Origin: Psilocybe cubensis
Taxonomy: Eukaryota
Direction of reading: 5' to 3'
Assembly (NCBI GenBank): GCA_017499595.2
Contig: CM039002.1
Coordinates: 3,472,001-3,536,000, forward strand
Length of the DNA: 64,000 nt
The notes beneath the pieces were generated by a model that saw only the letters and a program-made list of their open reading frames with translations, made no database searches and was not told the origin of the DNA. Positions 27,963 to 39,853 of the stretch are shown here, in pieces; the stretch's first letter is position 1, and every line of letters starts with the position of its first letter. Both the position numbers and the translations under genes were made by a program.

Positions 27963-28639
27963 TTGAGAATGCAAGGAAGATCTGCGAGCGCGAGGATTTT
28001 ATAATGATCTATTTGTCCGAGAGGTTTTAAAGAGGCTTCTTTCGAGGCCCCGCTGGTGGTCGCCACCACCAAAAATCATGGTCAGCAGTACAAACGCCAA
28101 GAATTCAAGACGCGCTTTTAGGCGCGGTCCGACGCGGTCGCAGACTTGAGCAAGTGGTTGTACGAACCTAAATCTATTGACGCGGAGATGAGAAATCAAA
28201 GGAAGCTCGTCGTAGTATTTATTCATGATAAATACAATTTCCGGTATGACCTACGCCCCAAACGAATATCCGAACCACCCAGTGGCTGGCTGAACGGTTT
28301 GCGGATATCAACAGCATGACGCCACTAAAGCATTCTGTCTCTTAGGACTATTGAAATAAACGTGGGCTGCTTCAGTAATTCGATGGTAGGAAATATGAGC
28401 AAATATATCTATACGAAAGCGTCATTTGATTAGCATGGAATCGCAAAGGTTCTATTGAACACGAATCGTCATATTGTTCACTTTTCACCTCAACTACTTG
28501 TAATTGAAACGGCGAATATGTAGCGTTGATATGAGGTACAGTTGTATATGTTCTACGTCCCTTTTATCCGGGGTTGAGTCGCTGAAGACCCCGGGAGGCT
28601 TCTCTAAAGGCTTGTCCGCTAAAATCCGCGAAAATATAT

Positions 28640-29166
28640 CTAATAACCCTGTTTGGATATTACCTCTTCGTCTTCGTGCGTCCTTGTGACGTTCTCGCCG
28701 AGAAAGGACGTCGCGCCCATACGTGCCTGTCTTCGACAATCTAATAATGCTTTCAAACGTCGTGCCCATTCAAGCAGCTCAGCATCGTCGCTATCGGCTT
28801 GTGCCACCCTAGACGAGTCGGCCACGTCGACGACGTCAAAGTCTTCTGCATCCTCTGTGAAATGCTGCTTCTTCTCTGCTAATATATTATGCGTATATCC
28901 ATCTCCCTTTTCACCTTCACGCTCAACCAACATGTATTGAGACTCCGAAAGAGAATCCACTGAGCAAGTCGAAGAAGAACATGAGGAAGGTAAACCTGTA
29001 TAGAGAAAACAGTCAATCACACGGTATTAGCCATCAAAGGTGCTGTTTAGAATGTGCGAAGAAAGGGCTTACTGTATACATCATAATCGAAGAAAGGGGC
29101 AAAATAATCTTCCACTTCTTCCTGAAGGTGAAAAGGAAGTACTTCCCATTCAGCACAGTCAGTCAT
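28640..29166 (-). CDS. Hypothetical acidic protein (~150 aa, two exons)
   Basis: MTDCAEWEVLPFHLQEEVEDYFAPFFDYDVY, then a GTAAG..CAG intron joining in frame to SLPSSCSSS...LLEWARRLKALLDCRRQAR...GY*. No recognisable domain. Confidence 0.45.
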
Positions 29167-29759
29167 ACCTCAAGATCGTCTCTGATCCAGAGCAGAAACT
29201 CCAGATTTTTCCGAGCGAAAGGAGAGCCTTTGATAATGCTGTGGCCTTCAAGTAGGTGAGTATTAAAATTTAAATAGGTAGACGCTGGGGGTCGGATGGC
29301 ACCCACCTTATTAGGGCGGTGTAATGTGCCACTTAGGCTGTAATGTGCCACTTGGGGCCATAGATACCTGTATTCAGTTGTTGTTGTCTTTTTTTTTACC
29401 TTTCTTCTTGAACTATGGAGGAGAATGTCCATTTTCCATTAGAACTTGCTTTCACGTTTGCGATGTAAAGGTCGGTAAGACCGGAAGAAAAATTTAATCA
29501 ATTTATACCTAACGCTAAACAAAATAGCACATATGGTACAAACATCAGCAACACGAGTTCCCCATGCACTCGGCATGCGGAACACCCTATGCCAAAGTCC
29601 AAATATACGAAGAAGATAGGCACGTAGTTACATCAATCCGAGAAAATTACAAACTATAATCACAATCTCGGAGAGCATCAATCCAATGCCTAGTTATGTT
29701 ACAAAAGGTAGAGCAAAAAGAAAACGCAGGGAAATCAACCGGAAATCTACCTCGGGTCT

Positions 29760-31154
29760 CTAAGAACCACTGGCGCTGGAATAGGAAGTTCGAAACAGTC
29801 GAAAGCTCTCATATCGAATTCGCGTTCTTACGAATATACCTTTATGTGGCATAAGCCACAACACCACACATTGTCCTCGTGTGCTAACCTGTCGCCCTAT
29901 CCTGAGACGCCGCATGATCTTGACACGCCAAAAATTTGGCCTGCATCGCCAAAAACCAGGTGGACGCCACGATCTCCTCTAGCTTGCACACATCAAATAT
30001 CTGGGCGACCATGCGCTCAGTATACCCCTGGAGATCCTCTTTCACCGATGTTGCATCGTCCAAGCTAGCAAGTGAAGTATTGAACGAGCTAATTGACGAT
30101 GGAGAGGAGTCGATCGACGCCGAACCAGTGCCGCTATTGGACAAGTCGGAGTCCGAACCTGCGGGCGATGCCAGTGCGGGCATGGACATGGGTGTCGATG
30201 GGGTGTCACAATCATTCACGAGACTGTTGAGCAGCTCGAGGCGCGCAGTGATGCTATCGACCTCAGGTGTCTTTGGTTTCGGCTCGAGCGGCGAGAGGAA
30301 GGTATGATATGCGGAGGTGCAAGAACTGTAATCCTCAACCGCAGTCTCCAGGAAGGATGGCGTGACACTAGGCCACAGCGGCCGAAGCGGAAGAGGTTTG
30401 CCCAGCGCCGGCCTCAAAGGGTCTTCGGTACACGCTTCGTTCATCGAGAGTAAGAGTGAAGTGCTCAGCAATTCACGCTCCCGCTCTTCCGAGTAGTCAA
30501 AGACGTCATCGTTGTCCGAACGCGAGCTGGGAATTGGCCATGCACGGTGTAAGTATCATTCAACGCGTTTACTTTTGTTCGTAATGCGCACCTTTGATAT
30601 GGAGTGTTCCCATAACTCTCCTCCCGTAAGAAAGTGGCTGTCTGATAACACTTGTATGGCTTCGGGGAAATGATCTCAACAGGACGGGTGGGTAATTGCA
30701 GGGATCCCACAGTAGGCCTAGCTATCACTCGTGAAAACGCAGGGCCTTTGTGGTGCGAAGGAGAAGGTTTGATGCCCATAAGACGAGAGGATTTTGGAAT
30801 GCTCTCCGGAATTGGAATGGCGGGCTGAAAACGTAGAACAGGAGGCCAGGTGGTTTCCATTGAAGACGCAGAGTGGTAATTTTGCTCAGGCAAGGCTGAG
30901 TAATTGCTCCTAGCTCCTTCAGCAACAGAGAAGTCGGTGGCAGGGGTGCTGGGACGTAAAACTGCAACCTGTGGACGTGAGCAGCTTTTATAAGAAAGCA
31001 CCTTGCGCGCATCTCGATCGCCCGACGACAATCTCAAAGGCTGATCTGTGCCACAGCGGTAGTTTTCCGAGATGAGGCCATTGAAATCGACCTGAGCGAA
31101 ACACGAGGGATCGGAGGTGTAGAGGCCCATTGTTCTGGAGAGGTACGCTGCCAT
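29760..31154 (-). CDS. Hypothetical Ser/Pro-rich protein
   Basis: ORFs 30465-31265 and 29884-30471 join in frame through a GTGCGC..CCCAG intron near 30525-30592. A short last exon (GIFVRTRIRYESFRLF...) follows a second intron. Confidence 0.55.
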
Positions 31155-32199
31155 ATCGAAGAAATAATAGACGTTGAAATTGAAAACGATTCGAAAGAAA
31201 GGGCGGCAGGCCACGTTTGAAGTTGGAGAAAGGATAACGCCAAGTGATGTGATCAACACAAACAATGGTTGGCAGAGGAATAACCGATTCTTTACAGGCC
31301 TTTAGATAAGTGGCCCAATGCTATACGACGACGCCGGCGGCCTCAAGGCTTTAATGGGTATTCTGCTCAGCAGAAAAGAAGAAAAACCAGGAAAACGATA
31401 GTCGAATAACCTCGTACGGCTGCAGTGTCGACCGTAAGCTGAATCTTGGAATCTACCAGAAAAAGGCCAGTGAGCGTTTATTCGACGGGTAAGACGAGAG
31501 AAAGAATGGGAAATAATCAGATCGACATGAGCTCACCTTGCTCTTATATCGTTTGAATGCACATCCTTTCGCACCTGTACGTCTATCAGCCCACCTCTCC
31601 GGTCAAAGGCGCGTTTGGCGTTAGATAAAGAAGATGAGTGGCATTTCGCCATTGTGACCACGCGCCGTTCGTTGTCCAAGGGCCCGAGCAAGCGGGGATT
31701 GCCGCCCTTTTGTTGCACCTACACTGCCACAGGGCCTGAAGAGTATACCCAATTCAGTCAAAGAAAAATGGGATATACCATTCATTCAACTACATGGCTC
31801 CACAATCCAATATTAAGGAGGAAACGCGGGCAAGTCGATTTGTCCACCTGACGAATTCGGGAGGAACAAATGGCTCTCAAAGAGTAAACAAAAATCGAGA
31901 AATCATGTAGATTATGTAGCGATGGCATAACTCTCGCGAGCCGCGGACATGCTGGAACTAGTCAAGTCTTCCCTTGCCCGAAATGTCGAAAGCTAGGATG
32001 AGAAAGAGATTAGACGCGAAATGGCGTGAAGTTCGTCGGACTGGATCCCCAGAATACCCTCCAGTTGGGAAGGGAGTTTTATCCAACGCAGTGTATTCTG
32101 ATCATTCAATAGCAACACCCAGTGTATTGTTCCTAGTTATTAAATTGGTAAGCGTAATACAGTGGGACATGAAGCTTGTCAATAAAAATCGACTAACCC

Positions 32200-32410
32200 T
32201 GACTCACCTAAAGCAATTTATGAGCACCGATCCAATGCTTCATCGTCCAGAATACGACGGGTTTGGGGCATAAAGTCGACCATTGAACCATAGTTTCAGA
32301 TGTTCATTTGCGAGCGAGCTGGAAGAATGTGGGCAGAGCCAACTATATGCGATAATGGTAGTGAAGCAACTCCAAACAATGACCCATGTCGATCTTTCAC
32401 TGTAACAGAG
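32200..32410 (-). pseudogene. Frameshifted relic of a common agaricomycete membrane-protein family (IVWSCL.TIF.CTW..HPN type)
   Basis: One frame reads RSTWVIVWSCFTTIIAYSWLCPH; after a frame change it reads PKPVVFWTMKHWIGAHKLL*. This resembles the recalled family consensus (PEL.I.WAMRQW.GA). The rest of the gene is not recoverable. Confidence 0.5.
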
Positions 32411-32993
32411 TTTAGAATTTTGATGTTTCATGAATGTTTGCAAAGAGTGTCATCCTGACGAGACATAATCGCATGCATGAGGCAATATCTCTATTTTCAC
32501 CAAGGGTAGGCCAAAGGTGTCCGCCGCATTTTTGTTTGTACTGGAGGTAGCAATGAAGGGCTCACCGACATCCATTTTCTTGATCTTGTTCTTCACGAGC
32601 CTCACTTCTCAAAAGCTTCCTGAACAGGCTCTTCCTCCTATGTCCGTGTGATCATCCATCGTTGCTTGTTTCTGGAAAACAGAGAAGTTATGACTTCGGG
32701 ACAACAATGGTATAGAAAACTTACGGTGCATTCACTCTCGCAACTTTTCTTAGACTGTAATGGGTCAGTTAGGACTAATTCAGTTTGAAGCGAGCCAGAA
32801 TGACTTCGAGAACGAAAATCTTCGCAATGTTCAATGAAAGAGTGCGATAAAGCGCCAGGAAAAAAAGTGATGCCAAGGTGCATGATTTTTGCAAAATTGG
32901 GGAGGGAGCAACATCACAGACGTTCTCGTCCTGGTAATGGAAATCTAAAATGTTAATGAATTAAGTGGATGCCAAGTACAAAAGCGGACACGT

Positions 32994-33643
32994 CTAATCC
33001 AATTTGTATCCAACAAGACTCCGTCGGCCAATGATTTCACCAATCTACGTGGAACGAACGTCAGCACATAACACACCACAACCCCACCCCTTTCTGTCCA
33101 GAGCGGGAATATTTATGGAGCGTGTATCAAATGCTACGCACCTTGTAGATACCGTATGCCTGAAGGCCGTAAACACCAACACGGCCAATTTCTCCACTCT
33201 TCACAAGGTTGCCAACGAGAGCCGGGTTGCGGACTTGCGACCAGAGGGAGGTGTATGCAGTTTTGACGGCTTCGATAGATGGAGGTTGGAGTCCTTCCTT
33301 GATGTAGATTTGCTTGAAGACCTCCTTGGTCACAGCGAGGTTATACAGCACAGGCTGTTTGTAAGCTAAAACACCATAAAAGACGGTTCAAAACGCGACA
33401 AATTAATCATAAAAACCCCAACGCACATCCAAGAAGGTTTCCAACTTTCTCTCCAACAGGTCCGAGGAACTTCTGAGCATTTTCGAAGAATTTGCTGGCG
33501 TTCTTCTGCACGGACGCGAGGGTCTCCTGGGCCTTCTTCTGCGCCTGAGAGGAGTCTGTTGAGGCGTATCGTTTGGTAGCAACGGAGCGCTGTTGGCGGG
33601 CTAAGGAGTGGCGGAGAAGCGACGCAGGAACAGCTGGACGCAT
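32994..33643 (-). CDS. ATP20: Mitochondrial ATP synthase subunit g
   Basis: Arg-rich targeting peptide; YKQPVLYNLAVTKEVFKQIYIKEGLQPPS...GVYGLQAYGIYK/IGEIIGRRSLVGYKLD* with the conserved GEIIGRR (GxxxG) motif. Confidence 0.93.
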
Positions 33644-34161
33644 TTTTGGGTGGTGGGTAGAGGCTGGCGGAGGCGACAGCGGGATACCTGTCGTCGCGGT
33701 CCTCAACGGTGGGAAATTTATTCGGGTTCCGCGTTTTTCCGCACAATCTTATCTTATCTCGCACCAACTTGAATTTCATCTTGCTTTCACTTTTGTTTGG
33801 AATCTATTTCGTATCTACTTTGACTCGAGTTGAAGGCTGTCGCTTCCCACCGCGGCACGAGTCCATGGACTCTCTGACAGACATTTAGCATTTACAATGA
33901 AGAAATCCTTTTGTGATGTGCTTGGGACCATATAATTGTTCCTTCTTCACACGAAGTAACACATATCCTTGGTTTAAATCGGTGACACCTTTCAATCCAG
34001 CGTGTTGACTTAGTTGACTGGCAGGAACATTGGTAGGAATCATTCCCATAGAATTTGTTCAAGATCGAGGGAAACATGTGGGGCGTGAGATGATTAAATT
34101 TTATATAAAAGCTGAGCGCTGGGTGCTGATTGCTCAGACATTGCGTGGACAACCAACCCTC

Positions 34162-34436
34162 ATGAATATCGCTATTTACTCCAGGCTTGTCGTCGCCATC
34201 ATCTCTGCTAGCACCGTCCTGGGGCTTGCATGCAACTCTGACGCAGATTGTGCACAACTAACTTGCGCATCGGGAACAACTTGCGAGCAAGCATTCTGCA
34301 TCGTCACAACGCACGTATGTCGTGGGCCAGTCTGTGCTTCCGGAGGTAGACAGTGTCCTGTACGTCTTCCGATCTCATAGCCGTATGAGGAACTCTCTAA
34401 CGCTTAAATTTATTCAATCTCTATCGTTAAAAGTAA
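34162..34436 (+). CDS. Small secreted 8-Cys peptide, copy 2 (~66 aa)
   Basis: MNIAIYSRLVVAIISASTVLG|LACNSDADCAQLTCASGTTCEQAFCIVTTHVCRGPVCASGGRQCP, then predicted intron 34360-34433 (GTACGT..CTAAC..AAG) directly followed by TAA. TATATAAAAG near 34102. Confidence 0.85.
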
Positions 34437-34529
34437 TTCTGAAAAAAGCTTGAGTTAGGACGTGCTATCCGAGGGAATTTATCTGTGTATTACTATACAT
34501 ATAACCAGATGGATCCTGCGTTCAAAGGG

Positions 34530-37500
34530 TTACGACAACCGAATAAAAAGTAGCAGAACCAAAGCAAGCTTATATATGAAAGCATGACCTGAGTATCTCC
34601 CGAAGTTACCTAAACTTGAGGAAGCTTGCAATTTCGACGACACAAAAGTGTGTGTTCCGGATCCAACAGTAGCCTGAGAAGAAGCATATGAGTACTGGAA
34701 TATGGGGCATACGAACGGACTTACATTGTTGACACCGGGTATATTAACCACGGCCGTCACCCCAACAGGAACGACAACATTTACAGTAGCCCGTCCTGAG
34801 TCTTTAGACCACTCAACGCTCAGGTTTCCAAAAGGAGTCACTGTCCATGCGCTTGCGGCAGTTAAAGGTGAAGATAATAACGGAGAAATTTAACAGTCTC
34901 AAAGGCTGGAGACATTGCCTGAATACCGGCGACATGCTTGTATAGCCAGTCTTCAAATGTTCCCAGGAAGAGCTGGATTAATAAGTTCAGTCAAATGCAA
35001 GAAAAGAATGGGAGGTACGATGTGACATACATGATCACGAGAGCGAGCGGTCAAGAGCCAATGTTCCCACTAATACCGTGTAAGAAGAAATTTAAATAGA
35101 CAATTTAGTTATCGGCAGCATACCATTGTGGTTGCTCCATTTTGAATCCAGTATCCCCAACTGGGGAAGGTTGTTTGTTGCGACACAGCAAAAGCGGTAT
35201 CGCCATGGCCAAAATCAGTTAATACAGGAAGTAGGAATTTTGTCCCTAGGGCACCGGTGTTGAGGTGCGTTCCGATGGAGGAGATATTTTGAGATATGCT
35301 ATCTGCGACTTTCTGAATACTCGCATTAGGGGCAAGTCCGAACGCGAGTGCGAGAATGTTGTGGGTTTGACGGTATCCGGAGTCTCCTACACCGGTGTAG
35401 TATCCAGTATTTGGGTTCAAGAAAGCATTGTTGAACGCAGTCTTCACATCTTGTGCTTGATTTGAGAACGTCGATGAATCCGAATCCTTTTTGAGTACCG
35501 AAGCGATTTCGCTCATAACTGTTAGCATTTTATATCTAAGAATCAAACGTTCTGAACATTGAAACATTTATAAAAGGTAGGAAAGGAACATACAGGAATG
35601 CTGTTGCAGAGACTCGAGAGTCTTCTGGTGGATTACCTCCCAGGGGACTTGTTTCTGGTGTGTCCCAGTCGCCCAATGTAGTTTGAGCGATGTTGTTTGA
35701 AGATCGTCCCAGTTCGAAATTAACGTAATTCTTCATGCTGTCGTAATGATTTGCTAGGATCCTCTGATCACCGCGATACTGATATATCCACCACGGAATC
35801 AAGATAAATGCGGAGCTTGCGTTTACATACTTTAATTTATGAATAGTACATGAGTTCAAATTAGTGGGACGTACTGCCAGGTAGGTGCTTGATTGTTTGC
35901 ACCCCATCCGCTATCCGGGACAACCACTGCAGGTGCGCCAGATCCTTTTGAGCGGCTTTCATCGATATCTCTGACATACTTCGAGAGAAGATCTTGCGAA
36001 TCGAGGTTAAGTAGGAACATTTCCTATCAAGCCCAAAAAAATCATCATGAGACGGCGATGAAAGAACTGCTCTGAGGTTAAAACTTACCGTGCCGAGCAT
36101 TGCATCGCCAGTCCACCCATTTTTCTCAAACGTTGGACAGTCAGTGGGAATGCTGTGTACGTTGTTGAGAAGCGTGAATACAGCGGCTGTGTGCATCTTG
36201 TTTAGGAGATCGCTAGAAGATTGAAACCCCCCTCGAGGTGTGAGATCATCGTGAACAACACGGCCAATAACATTTTCCGGAGCAGGCGGCGGTGTGCCAC
36301 TGGGCCATCCTTCAATCTGAACATATTGGTAGCCCTTGTAGCTGAACTTTGGTTCGAAAGTCTCAGGGGTGCCCTTTCCAGCTAGCCAAAACCGATCTTG
36401 GAAAAGTAGTAGATGCGGCTTGTTAATTTGTAGTAGCGACCAATGGACGGAAGTATTTACCTGTTTGGAAGTTATTTGCGTAATATTGCTGAGTATCTTG
36501 GTAGACCACTGTTCCATCGGTCTGATTATACCAGTTAGTGAGATTACCGAGTACATTTTTCAAATGCGATACTCACATTCAATTTCTCGCCAAAGTGGAG
36601 AATAATGAGCGTTTTAGTGGGACCAGACGCAGTGAACCTGACCCATCCGGACACCACACGTTCGTAATGAGCCACAAAGATACCTGGTTGAGGTTGAGTG
36701 ATGTCTATTGGAGTCAAGCTTTGAACGACGCGCGTAGGAGGCTGATTTTGGTTGATAAGAACTCCAAATGGAGCGGTCATTATCGCCGCTTGACCCCATC
36801 CTTTGGCTTCGAATCCAGGCAAGTCATATCCCTCCTGTATGTAGCTGGCTGGTGGAAGTCAGGATATAAGAACCGGAGTACGATATAATATAAATCCCTA
36901 CCATCAAAAATTTCCCCTCCAAAGATGTCATCCAGGCGCGTAGGACCTTCAATAACCTGCCAAGTATCATCAGTAACGACCCTAGATAATGTCCCATCCG
37001 TGAATCCAATGGAAAGCACCATGCGAACCCGTGGTTCACCGTGCCATGGCGCAGAATCCCAGTTCCAAACGCTTCCCTGGGTTACACCATAATGTCCTCT
37101 TCCCAGCTCGGTCCCAATTGCGTTTGTGCCGCCTTTGAGGAGTGAGCTGACATTGAGTGCGACATATTGAAGTTCGGTATCGTATTTGGTGAATCCTGGA
37201 GTCAAAACATGGTCGGAAGCGGGTACACCATTTATCGTAATACTGGCGTAGCCCCCAGCTGCATAGTACAGCCGTGCGAACGAAATAGGCTTGGATACGG
37301 TAAACTCTTTGCGCAGGAGAGGAGCAGGATGCTCGGTGAGTGACTCTGATACTTTGATTCCAGTGCCCCATGGTCCTATTCCATATAGCCCGATGGATGT
37401 TGCAGAAGGCCAAGAGGAGTCGTCCGTGGATGGCAGCTCGAATCCACTTGGAACAGTGGCATCAACACGCCATGAATTGTCTGAAACTATGGCCTGCGTA

Positions 37501-38952
37501 GAGGTGTCAGTGAAGGCAATTTGTATTGCACTCAGAAGGCCCGCTGGATTTGGACCTCCTGAAGTTTTATCCGGTTGGTTGTTTGCGAGGACAGCAAATA
37601 CGACTGAAGAACCGGTGAGATTGACAATGAACTTCTGTGCTGAAGTCCAATCTGTGTCGTTAGGTGAAACGCCAATAAGGCCACCGTTGACGTACAGTTT
37701 AAAATCATTGTCCACTGTAATCAGGATTGTAGCTGACTGCAGGGTCTTGCCACTGGGCGCCGTGAAAGTCTTTCGAAACGCTCGCGTTCCAGGTGGAGCC
37801 AGTAGAGGATCAACTTCGGATGACCAAATCCAGTTTGACTGAGCAAACGTCAAGACAGGCGCAGTAATGGATGCAGGAGTTACAACATGGTTTGACCATG
37901 GCCCTTGTCCGTACGGTGATAAAATACTGGCAGGATCCCATCCTGTGGTCGATGCATTGATCGCGTTCCAGTCATCTGGAATTGATTTATCTGATAGCCA
38001 ACTGGAATCAGTAGTCACAAAATCCGCGTTGCCGTTATCGAGATGGACCTTGATTGACACGAGCAAACCTGCCGGACCATCTCCTCCTGTCCCGGGATCG
38101 GCAAGGTTGGTGGCCCGCACAGCAAAAGAGGGAGAGCTAGAAGATAAAGGAATAGTAAAATACTGGGCATTTTGCCAGTTTAAAGCCGTATGGGAAGGCC
38201 CCACAAATTTGCCATCCGCATAGATTGTAAATTGGTTGTCCGCAGTTATTAAGATCTCTGCAGACACTGCACGTCGTCCAGGTGGAGGAACATAGGTACG
38301 TCGGAAAGCTCTATCTCCAGGGGGAGCATTTGGCGGATTGGCCTCAGACGTCCATATCCAGGACGAGTTAAGGAAAGACGAAACTAAGTCAGCGGGTGGG
38401 CTGTCTGCCTGTGCCTGCTTGCCAATCCACAAACTGGATCCCCAGTCGTTGTTAGTCAACAATCCGGTGGAAAACAAAGATGATGCAGAGGTACTGCCTG
38501 AGGCGGTCGTGACCTCGACGGTCCATGAATATTGGGTATCAGACGCCAGGGCGGGTCCGCCATATTCAACGAGATATGACCTTGTCGATGAAATGGTTCC
38601 TGTATCCCAGAGTTCGCTGTCTGTGGGCGTTGTCCCAGATGAGACCCGCAGTCGATATGACTTTTGGGCATCGTTATCCATCGAAGAGGATATAATCCAT
38701 GAGAAACGAGGGTTTACATCGATTCCGAGTGGTTCAACCCGGTTTTCAACAGTTAAAGAAGAGAGGGTAGGCCCTACTATGGAGGTTAATGAGAAATCCA
38801 AGGTCACTCGTTTCCATCGACCTACCAGCAAGTGCATTGCATACCCAAAGTAAAGAGAGAGATAGCACAAAGTCTAGCACGCAGAATCAGAAAGAATCAG
38901 AAAAGGGGCGTATTTGACAATAATTTTTGCACGTACCGGTGTGTGATCTCAT
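34530..38952 (-). CDS. GH78 alpha-L-rhamnosidase, copy A, with tandem lectin/CBM67-like modules and a hydrophobic C-terminal tail
   Basis: Signal peptide MRSHTDFVLSLSLLWVCNALA; LTVENRVEPLGID.PRFSW; APLLRKEF; PKFSYKGYQYVQ; IPTDCPTFEKNGWTGDA; LGDW; GATTM/WEHW..RSRDH. Confidence 0.95.
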
Positions 38953-39853
38953 GATGGTCCAAGCCTCCTACTGAGCCATACAAGCCATGTATTTAAGACG
39001 AAGGCGGTTCTCCAGATAGCCATATTATGTTATAAAGTATGCAAGAATCATTGACCCTGACACAAGGGTCGCTCACAGCCGCTACACATTACTCCGTCTG
39101 AGGCTATGTTGACCCCCAATCTTGAACCAAAGCAGATGGGAAGCGGGATTGTTGCGTTTGAAACGTAGACAGCATCATTAGGTCCTATCAAAGTTCAAGT
39201 CATATTATGGCAGCAGTAGACCGCGGAGGGCGAGTTTTGTTGAACGTGGCATGCTCCAGAAAATTAGGTAATCGGAAAGCATAACAACACCGGCCCGGGA
39301 CTTATTACGTTTCAGAATCATGATTGGTTGGCGTATACGCACGACTACCTGAGCTCAAGCACTGGCTGTGAACGCAATGGGAGGGATGCTTGATCATAAG
39401 AAGTTATAGTAGAAACGCTTATGTATTACCACAACTCACGTATGTAGGGCGTGCCATAGTTTTTTGTGCCTTTGGAGACAGACGATGTCTTTTCAACGTT
39501 ACGTCGTTTGATCATGGTGACTCGCAACAAAATGCCAATTATCATTACGTTCAAGGCCAGAATCAAAGAAATTACACAGAGAATGTCACTCTGTGTGCTG
39601 TGTCGACATTAGTCTCGTTGACTCGTCTCATTTAATCGGATATATGGGATCAAAAACATTGGTTTGATGGGTTCGATAATCAGTTTGGACTTGAATCTGT
39701 TCTACCTAGTTTTCATTTGCTTTTTATGAAAAACGTTTTATGTCCGTAGCGACATGATGTGTTAGAGGTGCCCAACGAAGCACGAAGTCGAATCCACAGT
39801 TCCGGGAGAAATTTAGTCAGAGTCTAAACCGAAAAACTGATAACCAATTATGT

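Noticed and set aside
30465-30600. Apparent frameshift between two overlapping minus-strand ORFs
   Set aside because: Resolved by a canonical phase-2 intron; neither a pseudogene nor recoding is needed.
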